Below the pieces are notes generated by a model, which worked only from the letters and a program-made list of their open reading frames with translations, was not told where the DNA came from and searched no databases. Source: Promethearchaeota archaeon (GTDB lineage: Archaea; Asgardarchaeota; Lokiarchaeia; Sigyniarchaeales; SOKP01). Taken from it: 19,141 nucleotides of DNA. Shown here piece after piece: positions 7,197-15,650 of the stretch (its first letter is position 1; each line of letters opens with the position of its first letter). Both the position numbers and the translations under genes were made by a program. The stretch is taken from NCBI GenBank assembly GCA_048941265.1, contig JBHLNT010000073.1, positions 1 to 19,141 on the forward strand, given 5' to 3'.

Positions 7197-9134
7197 TTAC
7201 TTCTTCTTCCCTCCTGCAGTTTTTAATTTTCCAATCACAAAATCTAATCCTAATTCTTTTAGAGTTTCATCAGTGGGTATACCTGATTCTTTGTCCCAAC
7301 CTCTTGCTTCATAATATCCACTTAATACTTTTTGATATCCTTTTTCATCCAGTGTTACTCCTTTGGCGGGACCAGTTGTATGTGCTTCCTTAAAAAATCT
7401 TTCAGGGGGATGATCATCCGCTCTCGTCCAACCTTCCCTAATATTAAAGCATTTTGAAAGGGTAACAATAGCATCTCCTCTTTTAAGTATATATTCCTCT
7501 GTTACAGGAATTCCTGTCACAAGTTCATAGACTTTAGCCATCTCCGCATCATTTTCATAAATCCCGCGTGTAAATTTACAGATAATATATGAGTCAATTA
7601 TCGCATACACGTCTTCTAACCCTTTAATCCCCTTCCCTCTTTCAAGTGGTTTATCATATGTAAATCTATCATAGGTTCCTTTAGCATCTATACCATAAGA
7701 TCCATTTCTTAGATGGCATGCTCCTCGGATTGACACACTTTCCCCTACAGCGAATGTACTCATACCATGAAGATCGAATGCTGGCATTTCTAAACCTTTA
7801 ATGTGCATACCATAGTATCCTGCATCTTTTCTTCCCATTTCTTCTAATCGTTGACCTGCTACTTTGGTTCCATCACCAAAAATCTCTCCTGCAAAACCCT
7901 TTCCTAAGCACATCTCCTCCGTAAATCTGGCAAGATTTACCGTAGAACCAAATGGCAATTCATAACCTAAGTCATCCTTAGTAATCAAGCCTACATCATA
8001 TAATTCACAAGCCATCGCTGCGGTGACTCCACCAGAAATAGCATCTATCCCTAAATTATCACATAATTGAATGCATTTAAAGACTGTAGGCCAATCTGAA
8101 TTTCCACAAGCTGATCCAAATGAATAACACATTTCTACATCAACACTCGAGAAAAGATTAGGCCAATTAGGATGAGTTTTAGGTACGCGAGCAATATGGT
8201 CACAAGCAATTGAACACTGGGAGCATGCGACTTTTTTCACAACCCAATTTTCGTTAAGAGAATCTCCTGTGAATGATCCATCAGTTATTTTCTCCCAAGT
8301 GCCCTCACGATGATTATAAGTAGGCATCATGCCCAATTTATTATAGCTGGTTAAGCCCGAAGGAGTTCCTAAATCACGATACTTAGCTGTAGCGGGCCCA
8401 TTAGCTACTTTAATTAATTTCTTAGCTAATTTCCAGAACTCAACGGGATTAGCAACTTTTACTCCTTTAGTGCCTCTGAAGCATACAGCTTTAAGATTTT
8501 TTGAACCCATGACTGCCCCCATTCCAGTTCTCCCTGCTTGTCTATTCCGATCATTAGTAATACAACCCATATGACTCATTCGTTCACCAGCAGGACCAAT
8601 TGACATAACGGCTAATCTGTGATCCTGAAATTCTTCTCTTAAGATTTCTTCTGTTTCCCAACAACCTTTTCCCCAGACTGTTTTTTCACAAGGCTCTAAA
8701 TAATAATTATCATCGTCTACAACCATATAGACAGGTTCAGGAGCTTTACCCTTAAATACAATCATGTTTATTCCTGCCCTACGAGCTTGAGCGGCTACAG
8801 ACCCTGATGAAATTGCCATTCCAAACATTCCAGTTAATGGAGATTTTGCAAAAACACCATATTTTGAGCTGGTTGGTAAAATAGTGGTAGGAAAAGGTCC
8901 ATGAGCATAAACAAACACATTATCAGGACTTAACGGGTCAGCTCCGGGTTTAATTTCATCCCATAATACTTTAGCACCAAAACCATATCCGCCTATCCAA
9001 TCTCTACAAAACTGCCTTGATAGATTTGATTTTTCAATTTTTCCATTTGTTAAATCTACGTCTAATCTAACTTGAGTATATCCTAAAACCTTATCCGGCA
9101 TTGATATTTCCTTAGACTTACTCATGTTTTTCAC
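7197..9134 (-). CDS. aor: Aldehyde:ferredoxin oxidoreductase family protein (tungstopterin, 4Fe-4S)
   Basis: KSPLTG, SIGPAGE, AGRTGMGAVMGSKNLKA, CSQCSIAC, CDNLGID, RGACHL, YYEARGWD..GIP. The start could be ATG 9125 instead of GTG 9134. Confidence 0.92.
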   Translation of the reverse strand: MKNMSKSKEISMPDKVLGYTQVRLDVDLTNGKIEKSNLSRQFCRDWIGGYGFGAKVLWDEIKPGADPLSPDNVFVYAHGPFPTTILPTSSKYGVFAKSPLTGMFGMAISSGSVAAQARRAGINMIVFKGKAPEPVYMVVDDDNYYLEPCEKTVWGKGCWETEEILREEFQDHRLAVMSIGPAGERMSHMGCITNDRNRQAGRTGMGAVMGSKNLKAVCFRGTKGVKVANPVEFWKLAKKLIKVANGPATAKYRDLGTPSGLTSYNKLGMMPTYNHREGTWEKITDGSFTGDSLNENWVVKKVACSQCSIACDHIARVPKTHPNWPNLFSSVDVEMCYSFGSACGNSDWPTVFKCIQLCDNLGIDAISGGVTAAMACELYDVGLITKDDLGYELPFGSTVNLARFTEEMCLGKGFAGEIFGDGTKVAGQRLEEMGRKDAGYYGMHIKGLEMPAFDLHGMSTFAVGESVSIRGACHLRNGSYGIDAKGTYDRFTYDKPLERGKGIKGLEDVYAIIDSYIICKFTRGIYENDAEMAKVYELVTGIPVTEEYILKRGDAIVTLSKCFNIREGWTRADDHPPERFFKEAHTTGPAKGVTLDEKGYQKVLSGYYEARGWDKESGIPTDETLKELGLDFVIGKLKTAGGKKK

Positions 9135-9215
9135 ATCGAAAAGTCTTATTTATTTTTTGTATATTTTTTAATTAAATTTCTATTTATATCTTTACTTCTT
9201 AGATCTTAGATAGTT

Positions 9216-9253
9216 AAATAGTTGATATTTTAAAAGTTAAATCGTTATTAAAA
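9216..9253 (-). promoter_or_regulatory. Conserved 38-bp upstream element, copy 2 (before aor)
   Basis: + strand AAATAGTTGATATTTTAAAAGTTAAATCGTTATTAAAA, 34/38 identical to 6503..6540. Confidence 0.7.
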
Positions 9254-9401
9254 TTTCGATATTCTATTTTAACAAAATGAGTCTTTAGAATTTACGCAAA
9301 GCTTATTAGAAATTTAAAGACAAAAAAATTACCAATCCCTTCTTCAGTTCTGAAAAAAATGATTAATGAAATCAATATTTAGGATTAAAATAATAGAAAG
9401 T

Positions 9402-10259
9402 TTATTTTTTTGGAACCCCATGTGGGCATACTTTGAGACACACAGAGCAATAATTATTATACAACAGACTATTAATGCATTTGGAACGATCTATGTGGGT
9501 AATAATTCCTCCTTCTTTTTGAATGGGTGTTTCAAAAGCAGCTCCACCTTTACAATTTTTTACACAGGCTCCACATGTTTTGCAAAATTCCTTCATTTCG
9601 TTAAAATCCCTTTTAATTGTTTCTGGTATCTCAGCATCAGTAGATATGATTGCCCATCTTTGACGAGGTCCAAATTCAGGAGTAATTATGAGCCCATTTC
9701 GTCCCATTATACCTAAATTGGCTGCTACAGCATGGGCAGTAAATAATAACTTTCCCCCAAAAGGATGATGCGCTTCAGCTTTATATCCTTGTTCTTTTAA
9801 ATGATTTGTCAATTCAATTGTTTTGTCGCCCAATTCCTTATATACTCTAAAAGCTTCAACACCACAAAATACGCTCGGAGCAGTTCTTATATTATCCCAA
9901 ATCATTTCCATTCCAAGCACTATTGCATTTTTCCCGTATATTTTAAGGTTCTTAAATATGTAATTTTCATCAACTGGAGTATAACCTATAAGATTAATGC
10001 CCATTTCCTTGGCTTTTCTCTCAAAATCTTCCCAAAATTCAGGAGTGGTTTCTGTTTTAGTATTTTTTTCATTACCTTCTTTAGTCTTATTCGCAATTTG
10101 AAAGCCTTTGAAAGTCCCTCTTATATACTTACTAAACTCTTTGGCAACTTGCGGATCTATTTTACTCTCAGATTTCATGCTGAATAATTCTTTCGGAACA
10201 ATGAATACTAAATTATCATTATTCCCAATGTAGGTGGGTTTTATTTCTTCTTCAGTCAA
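9402..10259 (-). CDS. Reductive dehalogenase / epoxyqueuosine reductase (QueG)-like cobalamin and 2x[4Fe-4S] protein
   Basis: AVAANLGIMGRNGLIITPEFGPRQR resembles the RdhA/QueG motif; FCKTCGACVKNC and CINS...CSVCLKVCP. No TAT signal seen. Confidence 0.8.
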   Translation of the reverse strand: MTEEEIKPTYIGNNDNLVFIVPKELFSMKSESKIDPQVAKEFSKYIRGTFKGFQIANKTKEGNEKNTKTETTPEFWEDFERKAKEMGINLIGYTPVDENYIFKNLKIYGKNAIVLGMEMIWDNIRTAPSVFCGVEAFRVYKELGDKTIELTNHLKEQGYKAEAHHPFGGKLLFTAHAVAANLGIMGRNGLIITPEFGPRQRWAIISTDAEIPETIKRDFNEMKEFCKTCGACVKNCKGGAAFETPIQKEGGIITHIDRSKCINSLLYNNYCSVCLKVCPHGVPKK

Positions 10260-10479
10260 AATTATCTCCCTTTATAATGGCTTAGATTAATTTATTATAT
10301 TTATTAAGTACATTACTAAGAAAATTTAAATCTTTTTCTTATTATAGAATCGATTTGGCATTATATTTTAAATTATGATTCGAGTGAAAATTAAAAATAT
10401 ATATTAGTTCTGGTGATAATTATAATTAGTTTATTTCAAACTTGAATAACTAAGTAAAATAAACATGAGGATATAAAAA

Positions 10480-11877
10480 ATGGCACAAGAAGGTCTCGCT
10501 CAAACTGAAGTAAAAAGGTATCCTAAGATGATAATAACATCTTTTCAATTTGGAAATCTTGTAGGATTAATGATGAGCCAGATGTATTCCCAGCAGCTTA
10601 CTTTTTTCTATCTAGGAGTGGTAGGTATGGATATAACATTCTATCTAATTGCTATGATAATTTATATGGTTTTTAACATGTTCAATGATCCACTCCTTGG
10701 ATATTTTTGTGATAAGTCCACTCGCTTTATAGAAAGATGGGGTAAACGATTTCCTTTCATCGTTATGGCAATCCCTTGGTGCTTTATAGTTATTTTCTTA
10801 TACATGCCCCCTTCAGTTGATGAAATTGGTCAATTTGGTATATTTTTGTGGTTTTTAATATTTATGTGTATTTATGACACGGTCTTTTCTTTGTTTGACA
10901 TTAACCGAACTGGGCTGTTTCCTGACAAATTTAGAGATAATCAAGATCGAAAATGGGGAGGTATGATTACTACTATACTCGAAACCATTGGAATTTTACT
11001 TGGAGTTTTAATACCAGTGCTTACTATTGAATTTTACGGACAAGATCTTGGATGGAGGATTCAAGCAATTATAATTTCATTAGTCGCTTTTGTATTCTTG
11101 ATTTTGATGATACCTGGAGTACGAGAAGATCAAGAAATGAGACAACGACGTTCTCGTGTCGATAAAATTTTAACGGAACCTTTTTTCAAGGGTTTAAAAT
11201 CAGCTTTAAAAGATAAACATTTTGTCGGATATATGATTTTATTTGTGGTGTATACTTCTACTATGGGTCTTGTGATGGCTTCAATACCGTTTCTTGTGCA
11301 AGACATTCTACAGTTATCAAAAATCGGTGAATTAGTTGTGCTTTTTTACATCTTTGCTGCCATTATAGGAGCACCGTTTTGGTATAAAGTTTCCTTTAAA
11401 TTAGGTATAAAGCGGGTGACGTTAATAGGGGCAATACTTTTGGCTTGTATGGGAATACCATTTCTTTTTATACCCGTTGGTCCTGAAGGTTTAATTTTCG
11501 TTATAATAATTTTTACAATTGCGGGTTTTGTCGATGCCGCAATAATTACTATGACAATGCCTCTTTTTTCCTCTGTGATTGACAATGCTACTATAGAAAC
11601 TGGTAAACGAAGAGAAGGGCTATATAAAGGAGTATGGTTGTTTTTTTCAAGAATAGGTCTTGCTATTCGTGCCATAGTTTTTTGGATTGTTCAAATAACT
11701 TTTGGATATCATTCAGGCTCCACTGATCCATATGAATTAATGGGTCTTAGATTTCAACTTTCAGTTTTTCCTATGATTATCTGTGGAGTTGGTATTTTCG
11801 TTTTCTGGAGACTTTATCAAATCACGCCAGAGCAATTAGAACTTAATATAGAAAAACTTAAAGAACTAAAGCTATAA
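10480..11877 (+). CDS. MFS transporter, GPH (MelB-like glycoside-pentoside-hexuronide:cation symporter) family
   Basis: About 12 hydrophobic segments; NDPLLGYFCDKS..RWGKRFPF and D...ETGKRREGLY motifs; GAGG RBS upstream. Confidence 0.9.
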   Translation: MAQEGLAQTEVKRYPKMIITSFQFGNLVGLMMSQMYSQQLTFFYLGVVGMDITFYLIAMIIYMVFNMFNDPLLGYFCDKSTRFIERWGKRFPFIVMAIPWCFIVIFLYMPPSVDEIGQFGIFLWFLIFMCIYDTVFSLFDINRTGLFPDKFRDNQDRKWGGMITTILETIGILLGVLIPVLTIEFYGQDLGWRIQAIIISLVAFVFLILMIPGVREDQEMRQRRSRVDKILTEPFFKGLKSALKDKHFVGYMILFVVYTSTMGLVMASIPFLVQDILQLSKIGELVVLFYIFAAIIGAPFWYKVSFKLGIKRVTLIGAILLACMGIPFLFIPVGPEGLIFVIIIFTIAGFVDAAIITMTMPLFSSVIDNATIETGKRREGLYKGVWLFFSRIGLAIRAIVFWIVQITFGYHSGSTDPYELMGLRFQLSVFPMIICGVGIFVFWRLYQITPEQLELNIEKLKELKL

Positions 11878-12014
11878 TATTATAAAAAACTAAGTTAAAT
11901 TACTTAACATCTTTTTTTTATTCTCTTTTCTTTTGAAATCATGAAAAAACTTTTATTTTCTAATCATAAAAGTTAAACTTTCAATTGAATTTTTAAAAAA
12001 TAAAAAAGTCGCAT

Positions 12015-15000
12015 TTGGTTGTAAAAATTAACGAAAATAATTACAATTGTCCTTTCTGTGGAAATAATTTAGAATCAAGATATTCTAAATGTTTTAATAT
12101 TTATTGCCAAGGGCAAAAATTCAATGAGGGTAATTTAATTATCTATCGATTGAATCCTAATTTTGAAATAGGACGTATAATAAAGAGACTAGAGATACCT
12201 GCTTCAAAATCATTAGATAATGAAGATACGTATCTTATAACTAAATATAAAGTCCTTTTTAAAAATACTATAATAAAAACGATCCATCCCATTGACCTTA
12301 TTCATTATATCTTCGACGTTAATGAACAAATATTAACTAAAAAAGGAGTGGGTGTAGTAAATACTCAAGATTTCTTAACAAAAGACGGAAAAATCTCATA
12401 TGAAATCTTATTTCCAAATGGGAAATTAGAACAAATAAATGAAACTGAAATTATATCGAAATATGAACCAAGTGCAAAGAGAATAATCTCGAAACATAAA
12501 ACCGATCCTCCTAAAAATTTTTTGATTAAATACTGGGCAAATTTATTCTATTCCTATTATACATCCTACCAAATCAAGTGTATAACAAACTCCAGATTAG
12601 CTCTAATGCCGCATCAAATAAATGTTGCTCATCGATTGTCAGAAGAATATTTCCCAAGAGTAATTTTAGCAGATGAAGTTGGGCTTGGAAAAACAATTGA
12701 GGCGGGGATATATATAAAAGAGATGATGGCAAGGAATTTAGCCGAACGAATACTTATTATAGTACCTGCTACGCTGATTAGACAATGGCAATTTGAACTT
12801 GAAAACAAATTTAATATTAAATTTACGATATATGATGGAAAAAAAATAAAAGAACTAAAAAGAGGAGGACATGGACTTTTGGAATTATTGCAAAATCCAT
12901 TTTATTATGATAACTTAATTATTTGTTCACTTCAATTTGCCAGAAATCCAAAATATATCGAATTATTATCACAAATTTCATGGGATATTATTATTTTTGA
13001 TGAAGCTCACCATCTTAGGAGATATTTAACTAATGCAGCAACAGGAAGCTATCGCGAAACATTAAATTTCAAATTAGCAAGAAAATTAAGTCAAAGTACA
13101 GAATCACTGCTACTTTTAACAGCTACTCCCCTTCAACTTCATTCTTTTGAATTATTTTCATTGATTGATTTAATTCACCCTGAAGCTTTTGATAATTTCA
13201 GCGATTTTGAGCATTTTAGAAAAAATATGCCATTCATTAACTTATTGATATCCAATATAAACGATATTGATAAATTAAATATGTTTGAAATTAAAAATAC
13301 AATCAAACTCCTTAGAGACCTAAAGTACGTAAATAAAAAAGAAGCTAATGAACAAATTCTTGAAAAAATAAAAAATCTTAATTTTAAAACAAAATTACTC
13401 GAAAAAATTGAAGCCGATCATACAATCTCTAAATTTCTAATTCGGAATCGGAAAAAAAATGTATTTTCTAAAGAATTTTTAAATAAAAGGATCGTTAAAA
13501 CGATAATGGTGTATCCGACTAAGCAGGAATTAGAAGTTTATATAGAAATTCGGAATTATTTGGCTAAGGTTTATAATGCTTCAATAAGCGAAGGAAATAT
13601 AGGGATTGGTTTCGTCATAACAACACTCCAAAAGTTATTAACAAGCTCAAAATATGCTATTTTAAAAAGTATTGAACGTCGATTAGAACATATCAATCGT
13701 TTGAAAGATATTTCAATTGAATTAGAATTTATAAAAGAAGATGATCCGGAGTATTATGAAGCTGTATATGAAGAACAGTATATTGATGCAGAAAATGATG
13801 AAATTTTTAATGATCTATTAAGGCAGGATAAAAATAAGCGAGTATTAGATCTAATTAATCAAGAAAAGATTTTAAAAGAATTTTATGTAAAATTAAAGAA
13901 TGTACCATATGATTCTAAATCGGATAAATTCATAGAGCTTCTGTCTCAAGTATATGGTCAAAATTCTCATGAAAAAGTGATTGTTTTTACTCAGTTTGTA
14001 GATACTCTATTTCATTTAAAAGATCTCTTAGAGAATCAAAACAATAATTATGTTATTGAAGTTTTTTATGGTGGAATGAATAAAATAGAAAAAGATGAAG
14101 CAGTAGAGAGATTTCGCACAAATTCAAAATTTTCTATTCTAATCTCGACGGAAATTGGCGGTGAAGGCAGAAACTTCCAATTCTGTAGAATTTTAGTAAA
14201 TTATGATTTGCCTTGGAATCCAATGAAATTAGAACAGAGAATTGGGAGACTTGATAGAATTGGACAAGAATCTCAGGAAATATATATCTATAATTTCTTT
14301 ATGGAAGGTACTATTGAAACTGATATTCTATTTGCATTAGATAAAAGAATAAATTTATTTGAGGAATCAATTGGACTGTTGGAACCAATATTGGGAAAAA
14401 TCGAAAAGGATTTTAAAGAATTGATCTTTTCACAGGAAACACAAAAGCGAAAAAAACTAAATGAATTTAATAGAACGCTTGATGAAGAAATTCAGAAAGC
14501 GAAAGAAATTGAAATGCAATTAGACGATTTATTAATTGATAAAAAATCGTTTCAGATGGATGGATTAATTACATCTTTAGCATCATGTGAAGAAGTCAAA
14601 CTAAGCCATAGTGAATTATTTCTTCTGATCACATATTTTTTTAATTTAGAGCATCATATATATGGGCATTTAGAAATCTTAGACCATGAGGAAAATGAAG
14701 ACAGAGGCAAATTGCCTCTAGTGAAAATTATATTATACGATACTCTACTTTCAAATCCATATTATCAATTTTCAAAAGCATATGTCGGAACATTTAACTT
14801 AGAATTGGCAAGAGAAAGGGAGGAAATAGAATTTTTTGCATTAGGTCATCCCCTAATTGACTACTTATTGGAATATTGTAGAGCCTATTCATTAAGGGGT
14901 ACAATTACAGTTTTAAATCTGAAAAGAAAGGAGTTATTAGATGCAATTAGTCCCAATACCATTCAATATCAGGAATTATATCTATTCCTATTTGAAATAA

Positions 15001-15617
15001 AGTTTCAAGGGTATATTATTGAAACTCAGATTTCTGCTGTAGTTATTGATGATAAGGGAAATCATTTGGAAGATATTGCAGAATATTTATTAAATATTGA
15101 AAACTTTGGGAAAATTTTTAATTTTGACCAAAAAATCCCTCATAATATTAATATAAATCAAAATTTTATAGATAAATTAAGAGAAAATGCTAAATCATTA
15201 GCAAAGAGGAAAACTTCCCTATGGAAAGAAGAAATTAGAAAACTTAACGATAAGGTTTTCAATTTAGAGCAAGATAAAAAAAATAAAATTTATTCTTATA
15301 AAAAAAATGTACTAAATCTTAAACTCAATTCTTTAAAACAGAAGTTAGAAAGAAAATTAAACCAAAGACCAAGTGAAAAACAGAAAAAAAATATCGAAAA
15401 TGAAAAAGATAAAACTAAAAAGAGTGCAAAGTTGAGTAACATAAAGAAGTTGGAAGAAGAAATAAAATTTTTAGACGAAGATATCATTGGAATTAAAAAG
15501 AAGTTAGATGATCTTTCATTTGAATATGATGATTTAAAAAATGAAATGAAAAAAAGAAACATAGCTAAATTCTACACTAATATTTTAGGATTTGCAATTA
15601 TTCGATTTAATAATTAA
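12015..15617 (+). CDS. RapA/HepA-like SNF2-family ATPase with N-terminal Zn-ribbon and C-terminal coiled coil
   Basis: LMPHQ..PRVILADEVGLGKTIEAG, DEAHH, LLLLTATP, STEIGGEGRNFQ, NYDLPWNPMKLEQRIGRLDRIGQ; N-terminal CPFC..C..IYC; K/E-rich C-terminus. Confidence 0.9.
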   Translation: MVVKINENNYNCPFCGNNLESRYSKCFNIYCQGQKFNEGNLIIYRLNPNFEIGRIIKRLEIPASKSLDNEDTYLITKYKVLFKNTIIKTIHPIDLIHYIFDVNEQILTKKGVGVVNTQDFLTKDGKISYEILFPNGKLEQINETEIISKYEPSAKRIISKHKTDPPKNFLIKYWANLFYSYYTSYQIKCITNSRLALMPHQINVAHRLSEEYFPRVILADEVGLGKTIEAGIYIKEMMARNLAERILIIVPATLIRQWQFELENKFNIKFTIYDGKKIKELKRGGHGLLELLQNPFYYDNLIICSLQFARNPKYIELLSQISWDIIIFDEAHHLRRYLTNAATGSYRETLNFKLARKLSQSTESLLLLTATPLQLHSFELFSLIDLIHPEAFDNFSDFEHFRKNMPFINLLISNINDIDKLNMFEIKNTIKLLRDLKYVNKKEANEQILEKIKNLNFKTKLLEKIEADHTISKFLIRNRKKNVFSKEFLNKRIVKTIMVYPTKQELEVYIEIRNYLAKVYNASISEGNIGIGFVITTLQKLLTSSKYAILKSIERRLEHINRLKDISIELEFIKEDDPEYYEAVYEEQYIDAENDEIFNDLLRQDKNKRVLDLINQEKILKEFYVKLKNVPYDSKSDKFIELLSQVYGQNSHEKVIVFTQFVDTLFHLKDLLENQNNNYVIEVFYGGMNKIEKDEAVERFRTNSKFSILISTEIGGEGRNFQFCRILVNYDLPWNPMKLEQRIGRLDRIGQESQEIYIYNFFMEGTIETDILFALDKRINLFEESIGLLEPILGKIEKDFKELIFSQETQKRKKLNEFNRTLDEEIQKAKEIEMQLDDLLIDKKSFQMDGLITSLASCEEVKLSHSELFLLITYFFNLEHHIYGHLEILDHEENEDRGKLPLVKIILYDTLLSNPYYQFSKAYVGTFNLELAREREEIEFFALGHPLIDYLLEYCRAYSLRGTITVLNLKRKELLDAISPNTIQYQELYLFLFEIKFQGYIIETQISAVVIDDKGNHLEDIAEYLLNIENFGKIFNFDQKIPHNININQNFIDKLRENAKSLAKRKTSLWKEEIRKLNDKVFNLEQDKKNKIYSYKKNVLNLKLNSLKQKLERKLNQRPSEKQKKNIENEKDKTKKSAKLSNIKKLEEEIKFLDEDIIGIKKKLDDLSFEYDDLKNEMKKRNIAKFYTNILGFAIIRFNN

Positions 15618-15650
15618 GATTTAGAAAAAAATTAAATTAATTTAAGATCT

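Noticed and set aside
12015-15617. SNF2 ATPase as part of a DISARM or other defence island
   Set aside because: No methyltransferase, DUF1998, PLD nuclease or mobile-element genes nearby; neighbours are a transporter and a surface protein.
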